A DNA stretch of 64,000 nucleotides from Ruditapes philippinarum (GCF_026571515.1 NW_026852429.1:1-64000), one strand, 5' to 3'; positions 23,760 to 37,900 are shown, counted from the first letter of the stretch. The notes: a model not told the origin generated them from the letters alone. Numbers and translations are program-made.

Positions 23760-24722
23760 CACTGGCATATTACTGGCATTTCAACATTTTCTTCCTGCCA
23801 TTTCCACACCACTGCCATTTCCACTTTTTCCAGGCTATCATTTCCAATTTGCCATTTCAACGCTGCCATTTCCACTCTGCAATTTCCACACCATTGCTCT
23901 TTCCACTCTGCCATTTTAACTCTGCAATTAATTACTCTTCCATTTCAACCTTGCAATTCCTTTCCTGCCATTGCAATCCTGCCATTTCAACACTGCCATT
24001 TCAACCCCGCATTTCCTGTCCGCAATTTTAACCAAAAGCCCGCAATAAGGTAAAATGAACATGTAATTTCTTATATAAAAACTTGCCATTTCAACACTGC
24101 CATTTTAACCATGTCATTTCCTCTCCGCAATTTCAACCAAAAGCCCGCAATTATGTAAAATGAACATGCAATTTCTTATATATAAGAACTTGCCATTTCA
24201 ACACTGCCATTTCAACCCTGCCATTTCCTCTCCGCAATTTCAACCAAAAGCCCGCAATTATGTCAAATGAACGTGCAATTTCTTATATATAAAAACTTGC
24301 CATTTCAACACTGCCATTTCAACCATGTCATTTATCCTCCGCAATGTCAACCAAAAGCCCGCAATTATGTAAAATGAACATGCAATTTCTTATGTATAAA
24401 AACTTGCCATTTCAACACTGCCATTTCAACCATGTCATTTATCCTCCGCAATTTCAACCAAAAGCCCGCAATTATGTAAAATGAACATGCAATTTCTTAT
24501 ATATAAGAACTTGCCATTTCAACACTGCCATTTCAACCCTGCCATTTCCTCTCCGCAATGTCAACCAAAAGCCCGCAATTATGTAAAATGAACATGCAAT
24601 TTCTTATATAAGAACTTGCCATTTCAACACTGCCATTTCAACCATGTCATTTCCTCTCCGCAATGTCAACCAAAAGCCCGCAATTATGTAAAATGAACAT
24701 GCAAGTTCTTTTATAAGAACAT
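23760..24722 (+). repeat. 14-bp degenerate repeat grading into a 107-bp tandem array (~7 copies)
   Basis: acttgccatttcaacactgccatt anchors at 24081, 24188, 24295, 24402, 24509 and 24614; ctgccatttc(a/c)aca 14-mers at 23760-24000. Confidence 0.92.
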
Positions 24723-24738
24723 GCAGCCTCGGCATTAA

Positions 24739-24971
24739 AGCAGCATGCCTCCAGATTCCAAAAAGAAGGTCAAAATTGCGGAAAAAAACCTTACTGTGTT
24801 AGTAACGCAGTAAATATATGGTGATAAATACACCAAAATCATTAATTAATCGCAAATAACATGTAAATTATTACTTGGATCTTGAATATTTTTACAATTC
24901 TTAAAATCTTAGAAAAAAATTCTCAAGTTTCATTTTCTTAAAGTATTTTAAACATCTGGAGGCATGCTGCT
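24739..24971. mobile_element. TTAA-flanked MITE with AG..CT ends (Kolobok-like)
   Basis: TIR agcagcatgcctccagat / atctggaggcatgctgct; TTAA on the left, TTAC on the right; inverted homologue at 56577-56858. Confidence 0.75.
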
Positions 24972-25139
24972 TTACATGTGTTTGTAAGTTCTAACACACA
25001 TGGTGACATCTTTTATCCCATTTTATCATCTTTTCTTTCTAGTCGCATGTCAAATTAAGTTATCAAGTACGTTAAATTTGTTATAGTACATTTACTTAAA
25101 CAAATTCTTGTAAATTATATCAATCCATTTCAAATCATC

Positions 25140-25262
25140 TACTGGAACTAACCAAGTACATGTTGTACTGGTGTCTTGTGAGGAAACATGGTCGTGACCT
25201 GAGGAGTGCTTGAACCGGCGATCCTTGGGTTGAACGGGACACACTTTTACCACTAGCCTAGA
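25140..25262 (-). mobile_element. Degenerate tRNA-head SINE fragment
   Basis: aacatggtcgtgacc...gaac...accactag shared with 47810-47920. Confidence 0.5.
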
Positions 25263-28023
25263 TCACCGATTCTCTCTGTTCATAGCTATATACCTTGAAT
25301 ATAATTGCATTTAATTCTTCGTTTCTCCGTTTAATTTTGATTGAAATCAAAATCAAAATGATGTGTTAAAATCACCATTTAAAGATTTATACAGTTCGTA
25401 CTTGTAAATACATGCATGCACTAGTAAATATACAATTACAATATCAGTTATGTACAGTATATATAACGCAATTTAAATTTTGAGTTAAATGTGGCTTCAT
25501 TTGAAATTAATTTCTTCGCGCGAGGAGGGCGGAGGTCGGTATCTCGGGTGAACGAAATGAGTGATGGCCTTAACGTGTTTCTGTACTTTCCATATCACTC
25601 ACACGTTTAATTGTTTAATTGATCATATGCAGCAGACGATACGACCATTGCCGCGTGATTTCGAAATAATTTATTGTTATTTGATGTTATTTATCTGTAA
25701 TTTACATAGATTTACTCCATAGACAAATAGATATATAATTTATACAGGAGACAACTTGAACGCTAAAATGCGGGGTTTTTTTGGTCCTAATTGTTTCATG
25801 ATTACCTCCCTTTATTTTCATAGGCTCAATGACTACAAGGGAAATAAGTTTATCATAGCCTGATTTTTAATAAATATTTTGATTACCTCCCTTAAACTAT
25901 TGCAGCTGGAAAAATCTCATGAAGATAGTTCTAATTGAAAGACCCTGATAAAACTCAATAATCAAAATCAAGATGAACATTGTTAATGTAGATTGGATTG
26001 ATAATGGATAGAGAATGAATGCCATGTAACGGAAGTTGAGAGTTCTTTCTTAAATTAAACCGGAAATACTAGGTAACCGCTTTTGGAACCATTTATATTA
26101 TAAAATAACAAGTATACAATCAATCCCATGTGAGGTGTATTGAGTTAAATATGTACTGTGCGCGATTAAGATAAAAATGTACTAGTAATCTGAAAGAAGG
26201 TACAAAGTACAAAAGTAGCGTGCACGAGAAAAATATTACCTCAACTAGCTAGCTCGGATAGGTAGGCAAATAAACTCTCAAAATAAAATACCATTTCAAA
26301 TTTCTTTTACGAAATCAATAACAGTATCTAATACTAATATACATTTATATGTCCGTAAGAGATCGAACTCTGTGATCGATAATCGATTGCTTTTACACAG
26401 AATCAGAATGCAAAAATCAAAACAAAACAAAAAAGCATAAACTCCAAAACACGTTACTCACATATGAGGAAAATGATATATTTGCAAGTTATTTTGCAAC
26501 GTTGCTATTTAAGTAATTGCGTGTTACCATTGCACGCGAAACCTGGTTATAAAAGTGCATACATGTACATTTAAGTTCTACATTGTAACATTTAGATTTT
26601 TCCCACACTTTAACTCCTCTCATCTCACCCTGCCTTCATTGCAAAAATTGGAACCTAATTATCAAAATATTCGGAAAAGTAGCCGCAATCATTCGATTTA
26701 ATTCATTTTACGTGGTAATTTCTCTCTAAAGCGCCAGGGTGCCTCTTTATTTACAATGAAAACACAACTAACATTCGCACTCATGTCCACGGTCCTTACA
26801 ACTGCTAAAAAGGAGGAGCTTTCCCACAGGTCGAAAGTTTTTGAAAATGCAACAAGGTGGAATGAAATTTGTGCACGTGGCCATAAAACATAAAAGACCG
26901 CTAGTGATTATATTAAGATGGGAACACCATTAGCAAACGTTAACAATTACAAATTCTCATGAAGCGAACTGATAGTAAACATCTGTTTTTTAAACAGGAC
27001 TATGGGAATTTTTAAGACGCATGCGTGAAAATATGCACGTGACTAAATTGATTGCATTCCATTGGTTGAATAAGTTTATTGTTTTTGAATTCGCGCGCTA
27101 ACCGCGTGCTCACCGTGAGAAACGCTCTCATATATTTCTTTTGACAAAATTGTTATCGAAAACGCGTGGCCAGCAAGAAACCGAAGAGATAATGTCAAAA
27201 GAAATTCTTATCAGTTTTTCGGAAACAAGATTTCTGTTCCTGTAACTGGCTGATTAAGGCGTGCGAAACTATTCAATTCATTTTTGTCTCATGAAATTTT
27301 TAATTAATATCTTACTGCACTATCTGCAGCTAGATCTATATTTCAAATAACATAAAAAAGATCGGCAGCAGATCAACTGAAATATTGTGATGAACTGTTA
27401 CGTCTAAATGCTCGATGCACAATCTTGAATTGTTTCCAGTGTAGATTTTTGTCATACTTGTGCACTATAGTAAACAGGTGCAAGTTATTTTATTCTTGAT
27501 GATCAAGGGGTGATTATTTTATGATAATTTGACCAGTATTGGCGTGGCAAATGTGCCGAGCGCCTGTGTAAATTTTGGTTTCATTTGTACCAAACCCTTG
27601 CAAAACTTAACTTAATATCACTAAACTTATTTAGATAAAACTTTCTATCAATGTATTTAGAGCTAGTAAATTTAATATTTTTCCCTCCCTTTAAAACTTG
27701 TCAGTTTTAAACCTTTCATTTATACATAGCGTCTAAGTATAAATAACATATTGTTTAATATAAAAAATAAATGCACTCTATGTTTAAGTGCGTATTATGC
27801 ACATTATTTTTATAAAAAGATATTTTATAGTTCATGTAAAGATAAATCATGTTGACATTCGTGATCGTTGTATAGTAGTAGTCTCCCTTCGACACTGTCG
27901 TCTGTTTAGCATATCAGCTCGCTGATTGGTTAGTGTAGTAAGTTGAGCAATTTTCATTGGCTGAATACGAACTATGATGTCAATTGCCAATATATACACT
28001 TACAACAACGATTACTAATGTCT

Positions 28024-28096
28024 GCCGGAATAGCTCAGTTGGGAGAGCGTTAGACTGAAGATCTAAAGGTCCCTGGTTCGATCCCGGGTTCCGGCG
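28024..28096 (+). tRNA. trnF-GAA: tRNA-Phe (GAA)
   Basis: GCCGGAATAGCTCAGTTGGGAGAGCGTTAGACTGAAGATCTAAAGGTCCCTGGTTCGATCCCGGGTTCCGGCG; complete cloverleaf with A and B boxes; T6 terminator at 28126-28131. Confidence 0.97.
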
Positions 28097-28125
28097 CTGA
28101 CGGAACGGTCGGCGGCAGACCACTA

Positions 28126-28131
28126 TTTTTT
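28126..28131 (+). terminator. Pol III oligo-T terminator of tRNA-Phe
   Basis: TTTTTT 30 nt after the tRNA 3' end. Confidence 0.75.
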
Positions 28132-28578
28132 AATGATGAAATATGATAACATATTTAAATCTTTTTTTATAACTGATAACTCAGTATTTAATCATTCACA
28201 TTTTTAATTTTCTAAACGAGTATAAAGCTATATCTTACGAAATATTACAAAATTTATTAACAGAAAAATTATTATGATTTCATTATCTTAGAATGTCTCT
28301 GTTATATGCTTATTGTACGTAAACAGAATGAAATGTTCCTGAAAAAATATTACAAAATGTATTCTGTTTTTGTTTGTTTGTTTGTTGTTTTTAGGGTTTT
28401 ATCTGTTGAGCATGCACTACTCACTTTCAAGGCAATTTACTACTACATGTATATTTTTTTCATACAATTATTTTGCAAGTATTCCTTTTTTTAAAATTCA
28501 ATCAATGATTTTTGCAGCAGATATATAGCTTTATACACTTTAATTAGCACGTTTCTATTTATTACTATCGTGTCTTGA

Positions 28579-28710
28579 TTTGTTTTGTTTGTTTGTTTGT
28601 TTCATTTTACGCCTTTTTCCAACAGTATTTCAGTCATATAGGCGGGTAGTTTCCTAACCATCGTTCCTGGAGAGTTACACCAGTACTAGACAACCTTCCT
28701 CCGCGCTAAA
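28579..28710 (-). mobile_element. SINE 3' fragment with (AAAC)n tail
   Basis: (tttg)n followed by caacagtatttcagtcat...gttcctgg...ccagtact, related to 21870-21915. Confidence 0.5.
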
Positions 28711-31548
28711 CTACCAAAGCATCTCCCGGAGATAATAGCTATATTATGTAAATACGGAAATAAATGATTGCTTTTTTGTGAAGACGTAGATGTGATCAGA
28801 GACTACATCTCAAACGATCATCAATAATTATCCGAAGACTTACGGAAAGGTCCGAAAAGTTCCGATTGTCTCCATCGATTCTGATTGCCTGAGATTCTGA
28901 TTGGCTACACATTATGTGTTAGACCACGGATTTATATTAAATGTCAATTAAAGTCCGTGGTTAGACCTGTGATCAACATTGAAAATAATAATTGTCATTT
29001 TCGACAATATTGGTTTGTGTCGCCATATTTGTGCGATTGGTTTAATAATTATGTCGGGCATAGAAAATCAAAACTTCAGATTGAATACTCATTCGATGCC
29101 ATGTCTTACAATGAAAATCTTTGAGAAAATCAAGTGTGCCGTCCCACAGTACAACTGATGAATTCCACTACACGCGCGCGCGTGCATACAACGTACAATC
29201 TTCGTTAATCAAATCTCGCGAGAGCACAGGTGATTCGTGGCAATTCTCATAATTATAAATTGAAATTAATTCATTCACCGCCTTTATTCAATTAAAACTA
29301 GATGTTCTGTTCTGTCGATGTAACGGCATCTCATTTCTGTGGCATCTTTATTACATGTAACGTGCCCCTGTCATAACAAATGGCAGGAAATAAAATCACA
29401 ACCTGTCGCGCGCGGATGTCAACTGAATATAACGCTACAGTTTGTTAAAAGACGCTGACTGAGTGATTTTTGAGACCAAGTATTAAATGAATCGTCTTAA
29501 ATTCGCGACGGTTCTCCCTCCTTTGGCACGTGAGGTTTTTTTCTGTATTTTTTTTTCATACATGGGGGCGGAACGAAGCTCAGCGTTATAAAGATGAGAG
29601 TAATATTTGATGTAGCTGCCATGGCTATTTAGTTTGGTCAAGAGGAGATTGTTGGTGTTTCATTTTTTCTACTTGTAAAATTCTGAAGAGTTGCCATATA
29701 GCACTGACAGTGTCGGTGTCACTTTATTCTCAACTAATTAAAAAGCACACACACGCACACAAGAAGAGAAAAAACAACAACAACAAAAATACAACAACAA
29801 ACAATAAAACAACAACAACAATACCCCCCTCATTAACCCCCCCCCCCCTCATTAAAAATATCTTAACAACAAAAACGCGCTCTAATAAACTGGCATATCA
29901 TACAACGTCTTTCAACTGCAATGGACTTATCCAAACTACAAATGTATTGAAAGGTTTGAAATTTCTGCGGTAATCATAAAATCTGAACCTATAAATTCTT
30001 ACATAAGTAATGTGAACTCGTAAATATTCTTTATATAAAGAGAAATTCATCACTGAGGACATCTGATGTTTTTAAACCTTTCATAAGACACCATTTTCTT
30101 TACATTTACGTTAATGGTGCATTCGTTTCAATCATTTATCCTAATTTTGAAATTATAATGTTTTTCCCACAATTCACAACTGATGGCGTGTGTCTACCAG
30201 CTGTGGGGTATAGTGACTAAACTCGAAATGTTCACCGTGAGAAAATGGTATGAAAACCACCCGTATTATTTCAAATGATTTCAAATAACCGCTGTCAGAT
30301 GATTTAATCTCGCCGCAGATATTATGGTCATAGTCGCAATGCAAACATATCGCTGTAAGAAAGTATTGTCATGAAACGGGTAGGAAATGACTCAATTCAT
30401 TCACTGTATAAGAGAAAATAGTTAAACGGGTAGAAAAAGTCGTGGGAACTGATTACACTTTGAACTATAAACGACATGTACATATTTTCACAAAATATTT
30501 CCGATTTTTTTGTCAATTATTCAATAAAACCGAAAGACGAACGGATTTTGTATTGGCGAATCAAAAAAGGGAAAAAAAGATCACCATGAAAAATGTTTTT
30601 TATGGGTTTAGATAATTTCTTTTGAAGTAATCGAAGTTATTAATAATTGTCAAATGTGAAATGTGGTTTAAAATTAATATAGTTATTTAAAAAAGGGTGT
30701 CTAAAATATATTCATTGTTGATTTATCTAATTACATTTCTTGAATTCTTTACGGCGAGATTTGGTCATTAGTTTTTTTAATAAAATTGAAATTAAATGAA
30801 AAAAAAATCTGAACATTTCAGACTAAATCATAATCATTTTTATTCCGTGCCCATTGACGGTTAACTTAGTTAGGGTGTCTACCTCTCAACACTGAGCTAT
30901 TGGGTTGGAATCCATCTTGGGGTACGGCCATATTTATCATAATTATTTCACTTAAAAACTAACTGGTTGTCTTGAAGAAATTAATTAAAATTGTAAAAAC
31001 TTAGTTTAAATAATAACCTGAGGTTGATTATAGTTTCTAACTAAACAGCATGTGGGATACAGGAGGGGACCGAGGACTGGGAGGTATAGGAGAGGGAGAG
31101 AGTTAAATAGCTGCGTTGTGGGGAACAACGTGTCAGCAAATGATCTCTGAACGGCGTATCAGGTGGCAAACAACATTAAGGCCAGTTCTTGATCGCCAAA
31201 TTCTTCAAGTGTTTGTCGAGGGCTGTAAAAGAGATTTTAGAAGATTTAAATTGTTTAATCTCTCAGTTTCTCACACACGTTCAAAATAACCATGCATGGG
31301 AAAAGTAAACAAATCGTAAGGTAAATGGATCACATGACCCTTTATGTAAATAAGATAAACCGCCACGTGACCTAATGTACACAAAACAATATTATATACA
31401 CGTGCAGGTATAAATACCTATACGTTTTTATATATTTAGTGTCAGGTAAGGTATTTCCTCTTATTATCTAAGTGAAGAAAAAATATTATAATTAGTTTCT
31501 TTATTTCAAACGGATGATTAAATTCTAATTGATATAAATCTATAACTC

Positions 31549-31937
31549 TTAACCTGATGATGAATTTTTGTACTGGATTTACCCAGCTTTAAATTTGGAA
31601 CAGATTCTACCATTTAAGGGTTATGGGTNNNNNNNNNNNNNNNNNNNNNNNNNNNNNNNNNNNNNNNNNNNNNNNNNNNNNNNNNNNNNNNNNNNNNNNN
31701 NNNNNNNNNNNNNNNNNNNNNNNNNNNNNNNNNNNNNNNNNNNNNNNNNNNNNNNNNNNNNNNNNNNNNNNNNNNNNNNNNNNNNNNNNNNNNNNNNNNN
31801 NNNNNNNNNNNNNNNNNNNNNNNNNNNNNNNNNNNNNNNNNNNNNNNNNNNNNNNNNNNNNNNNNNNNNNNNNNNNNNNNGTCTGGCTCTATATTGGTGG
31901 CAAAGGGTAATAATTTTACTTTCTAGCAGGTAAATGG
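31549..31937. mobile_element. TTAA-CC-start MITE spanning the gap; homologue at 57945-58154
   Basis: Shared atttacc(c/a)gcttt...atttg and ctata(c/t)tgg...ttctagc(a/t)ggtaa blocks. Confidence 0.5.
31629..31880. other. Assembly gap (252 N)
   Basis: N run. Confidence 1.
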
Positions 31938-34900
31938 ATGATTCGTTCGTAAACTCCGAATTAGTGTGGGCTTTACATGCACAAAATGCATATACTTGCA
32001 GATAAACAACTGCACATTATGATAAAATGTATAATCGTTGCAAACAAAAATAAAAACGAACAACAATCACAACAACAACAACTCTTACTTTAAAAACAAC
32101 AACATAAAAAAACAACAACGATTGAAACAGTCATTTTTTTTGAAAAATAAAGTAATCGTAAAACGTTATTTTTGCTCAATGGTATTGTTATAACAGAAGC
32201 TTTTATATACACATATAAAAATTAAATTATGTGAACATTATATACACATCAGTTTATTTAGAAAGGAAAAGAAACAAATTAGAATGATTAACAAGCAACA
32301 TTGTATGGTGTTTAGACCGCCATATAAACATATTGGAAAAGTTCTTCAGTTGAATTTCAAAGTCGCGCGAGACTCAGAATCTGCTCATTACATGTATACC
32401 ATTTTTCTCACTTTAAAAATCTGTAGACCAACGATTTACTCATTTTTTGTGTAAAGTTTTTTTTCTTCAAAAAAAGCCTAACATTTACTGCACGTTTTAT
32501 CCAAATTTTATGATTTAAATAAATGTTTTTAAAAAATCATGACATGACATGCAAAAGTCATCATTTAGATTTTTTTAAATAAAAAAATCGTGGACATTAA
32601 AGTATGACGTAGATGATTTCCAACTCGGAATAACAGAATCACAGAATATTCTCAGGAACGGCACGAATTTTACACGGGTTTTATCTATTCTCGCTGAGTC
32701 AGGTCACGTTTCGCACTCAATACGTGATTTTCTACGAGAACTATTGTAACTTTCATTTTTTATTCATAATTGTATTGGCGTCAATGGTGATAAAATTTAA
32801 ATAGTAAAACATTGTTATAATTTGATATCAAAGGTAGATAAATATTTTACGTTATCACAACATATATATGAAATGCATCTCGTATAACTTTTCGTGAGGT
32901 TCCTATGTGGCTTGTCGGAAGCAACCAGTGGGGGTAATATATCATTTCAATTTATGAAATAAAGATAAACTAAAATCATTCTCATTTTTTGTCAAGTTCA
33001 TCATTTGTCATGCTGATGATCAACATTTTTCTTCATGGATTCAAGTATTTCAAATTAAAACACGTCTTTTGTATGAAATTAGATGTTCTGTGTATGGAAA
33101 TATCAAAGTCACTTGCGTGAAAACAAGATTCATGTGTGGATATAAGTTTCTTGTATTGCATGGAAACAAGAACAATATTCTAGAAAAAAAACTATATAAA
33201 ATGGAAAAGGACTCTTGTATGGGACCAAAACATTGTTACGAAAGCGATTGAGCTTGTCTTCTTAAAGGAATTCCACTGAGGTTTGAGCAGATGAAAAATA
33301 AGTTGTTTGTCCAGACCTACATCAAATGTTACATTAATCTAAAAGGAAACAACAACAAATATTTCAGTCCCTCGTTGGAGTCACTGGTTCTGATCATACA
33401 TTGTAAAAAGTCATTTATCTATCTCAGATTCGAACTAACAACCTGATGAACTAATGAGCCCGGTCATCGAGTTATATCAGCTTTGGTAGTCAGATATAAT
33501 AATAAAACTGAGCATAATGAATGCTACGTTTAAAGTATTTATGCATCTCAGATATGCTAATGTAGCTATATAGAGATCAATGTTATAATTAAATTGATTA
33601 ATTATCATTTTATATCTTATCATATTTACCAAAGCTATCAGTTCCTTTGAATAAAAATGCAACAAAATACTTTACAACATGCACGGAACGTGCCTCTGCA
33701 TCTTGGTTGCGAGATTTAAAGGGTCGAGAATGTCGTCCCCTATTTGCGAGCCCGCGTGTTATGAGCTTGATCTAAGCAAAGGTCATCCGAAAGGGTTCGG
33801 CTAGGCCACGAGTTTAACATTAGTTAGGGGTTATATGTCATCTTGGCCGGTTGCTGTGGGCAAAGGTCATTTACATCAATACAAAACTACGTCGATAAAA
33901 CTCCGTGGCTAAATAGGTACAAAGGGTCTACTTTGATAACTAAAATCGAACTTTATCAATATTGTATAGCAATTTAATGACTAGCCTCTCTCTGATTTAT
34001 TGAAGGAAATGTTTCTAGAATAAAAACAGGATTTGCCATAAACGTCAAATGATATCAGAATAAAGAAAACAAGAAAATGCACGCCTCTTTTATTGAAAGA
34101 TATAATTTGAGACATTTATCAACGGTTGGAATGAAAAATTATCTCCATTTTTGTATTTCATTGTAAGCAATATCAGTGAGGAGTTTCTTGCAAACAATAA
34201 ATAATTGATATCAGACTCTTTAAATCGTCAAGATATATATTAATTTTCATTTGAAAGAAACAGTGACGGGACGGGTTAACTACTGTATCAAATTTAAAGG
34301 CACATTGCGCCCCAGAAATGAATAAATTATATATTTTTTGTGTAGAAAGGGCATTTTTCCCCATAATGTTGTAAAAATGGCTTTAAAACATGTAGGATGC
34401 CTATAATCTGACGGAAATAACGGTGAGTGTGAAAAAATGTGATTAATGTAGCAAAATGTAAACAAAATGGTAATTTGGCTTCCATATAAAATACTCATTC
34501 ACCGTCACTGTACTAACTGCCAAAATGCAAAAGAAACAAAAGATGGCTCAGATATGTGGCCATTGAGCAACATTTTGGAAACTAAAACAGTACATCAAAA
34601 TTATAAGCTTTCTAAAAATAAAAGGGATTGTTTTTTTTGGCTTAACGGGCCTTCAAGAAAAAAAGTAACTTCCCTATGACACCGTATAAGCGTTGCTATT
34701 TAGTAAAGCAATTATATCAGTTATATAAATATTTATTTTATTTTGTGATAAAATACAGTAATGTCTCTACAATTTGAAATGACTAAGATATGCATTCTTT
34801 GACTACGTAACTTGCATGTATGGCATATTTAAATTATTATTTATATAACGTACATGTGCATCAGTTTTTTCCTCCCTTTGAATATACCATATATATTTAG

Positions 34901-37900
34901 AATTTAAATATATAGACAATAGGCAGGAGTAAGCCCTTATCCTGAGTAACAATTCAGATTTTGAATATTTTTCTTTACTGCTTTTTTTCAATTGCGGCCG
35001 GGTTGTAAAGAAAAAATAACATCAAGATTTGCGGCCAGATTGTATACATGAAACAAATTTTCAAATAAAAAATATTACATAATCGCATGTATTAACTTAG
35101 TTCAGTCAGGATAAAAACTACTTTTATATTAGAAATTGCAAAAAAGATAAACATTATGATTAATGATTAAAATTATTGTTGCTTCATAAAGCATTGACTG
35201 AGAAGATGTTTTATTAGCATCGCTTAAAAATTAAAATCGTCAAGAAAACTGCTTAGACTTAACGTACAATATGGTATTGCGACACACCGGGTCATTTAGA
35301 TGTCGTAAAATGCCCGAGGTGACCCGAATGTATGGACATTGGAATCATTTTGACACAGACGATGACTGTGTCGAGGAGGACCAATACAGAACATTCTACG
35401 GCTTCCCATCTGTGCCAAACAAAAGCTGCAGAAGCGAGACAACAACAAAAACCCACGTTAATGACCAAATTATCTTTAAAACAAACATTTTGACATATGC
35501 TTAATCCGCCCATGTTGACAATTTCCCGTTCTGGGGGAATCCTTTAAAATGCATTCAGAGTTCTTTTAATAAGTCCTTTCGAATTTTCATATTTAATTTA
35601 GGAAAAATTGTTTGAGGTAGAGCTATACAAAAGGTTGGGAGTTCATTTTAGCGCACTTTCCGAATAGATACATTTTCTCTCAGCAAACATAATGTCCCGT
35701 TCCCAATAGAAAAAGGCACAAAAGGGGCTGGCAGGGGCACCGGTAAATAAACTACCGGTTAGAGTTCCGACGTTAATTAATAGGATTATAATTTCCCTTT
35801 TCAAATACTCTTCAAGAAGTTTAAATAAATCGGTATAGAACTTTATAATTTCCTTTTATGACGTTTCATTCTAAGATGATTGTTTAAGGAAGTTTAAACG
35901 GTATGTGTTTGTTTACACAACATCTTGTAACTTTTTATTATTTGATAGTCAATATCCGATTCAGCTTTGGCCGAACTACGTAACACTTGTGACTGGGGAC
36001 CACGAGCATTTTCCCGCCAAATTTTATTAAAAATATGGATCTCATAATACCACTTCAGTCTCTATTGTTGTAGATTCTATAATAACAGTATTGGCATCGT
36101 TTAAAATACACATGTAACCGCATGACCTCACTTTTATTTAGTTAGGTTACCTGCTTTTGTCCTGAATTTTCTTTGTATTGTTTTCTGCTCGAGTCATTCC
36201 CATTTCAACAAACTTTATCTAAATATGCCGAAGAGCATACGGACTTAGACATATTTTAGAAATTTTCGATTTCTCTTTAAATTTAGGCTTATTCTTTAAT
36301 GGGTAAAACTGAAAGAAAGAGTGGGGACAAGTACGGATGTTTCCCGGGGGTTAAAGGGTGTATTAAGATTTAATTATAGAATACTAGAGTATGTGAAGCT
36401 GAGGTCACCGGAATAATCATACCAACAAGAAAACGGAGGCAGAAATTAATGAAAACAGTGTTTAACAATGCTCAATAATGGGAAATAATCGTAGTTTTAT
36501 CTCAAACAACGTTCTACAAAGCCTTACCTTCAAAATTATTTGACCTCTGACACGAGACTGTGTGACCCCCGACCTACAACGCGCGTGCAAGGGTAAACAC
36601 AGGTCCTAGCGCGTATCCGATGTCAAAGGGTCGATATGTGCGCTTTTATCGTGCATTATTTAGAAAATGCAAAACCCAAAAGAAGGAACATTTGAGTTTC
36701 CTGGGGGCCTTCGCTAGGCCTTACACGGAATAAATGAATCGTTTAAAGATATTAATCTCTTCTCTCACCGTGGTGCCCTTTAAGGCCAATTTTCCAATTA
36801 ATGCCCGAAAAAAGATGGTGACCTCGTTGAAGAAAGGGATAATGATGAATTTAACAATACGCCTTGATACAAGGTAGAAATTGCTGATCAAACTATCAGA
36901 TCAACGATTTAAACGCTTCCATATGTTCGAGTCTTGTTACTTATAACTGTTACAAAGTGTGTTCGTACTAGTCCCCAATAAATAAATGAAACTTTATGGA
37001 GAGCACCATTTTTAAGAGAAAATTCGTTTCATTTAAAAATTATTTCAATATATTTCTCTAAAATCCACAAAAAAGATAATAACTAAATACTTTAAAGGGG
37101 CCAAATATTACTTACGATATTACAAACGATAAAAAAGATTGTTATCATCTTTATATTGTAATTTAATCGCGTTATTTTTAGCAATTGTGTGCTTTGCGTC
37201 AAACTCCATTACAAAAATTTACCGAACACCAACAGAATTAAATGTTGGCAAATAAAATTCACGCAAACATATTTTTTGTATTAAATTTTGCAGTTTGCGT
37301 TTTACATTAATATTTACTGCTGTACGTAAGACTGAAATCAAAAGAATACAAAAGAATACAAAAAGTGAATTTATTAAACTTGTTCTTTTGTTTTCACAAT
37401 CTTAGAAAGAATGTCTGTTATTCGTTAAACACCCGTTACAAACAACAACTCAATTCATACATTATCAAATTTTCCGCTATTAAATACATAAATTATCAAA
37501 TGAATTACTGCACTGGTATTCGTGTATCATCAAAATAATTTCCACCCCTGGAATTTGATCGTTCATTTACTTTCAAAAGAATGTACACCCTTTCATCTTC
37601 ACGATTTATATTGTTTATTATATCATTTTCTAATTCACTAGGTTATATCGCTAAATTAAGTTGTTGAAATTGCATAATTTTGCTGAAAATTTTCATAAAA
37701 ATTTGCTCTAAATTGTTACATTTAATGTACCCGTTTATGAAATAAAAAATAAACTTTGCACTAGCATGCGCAATTTGAACATCCGTTATGTGGTTTTACA
37801 GGTTAACGCATGATAAAATACCTGGTGATAATGATATAGCTGAGCCCCTAGTCACCGCCCGTGTAAAGGTCACTGTATTATCAAAAACCAAGGTCATCCG

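Noticed and set aside
35271-35513. Overlapping 77/73-aa ORFs, faintly THAP-like (FYGFP)
   Set aside because: No C2CH ligands or splice support; at most a decayed transposon fragment
35613-35631. tgaggtag...ctatacaa resembling let-7 arms
   Set aside because: Only two 8-mers, no full mature sequence and no precursor hairpin
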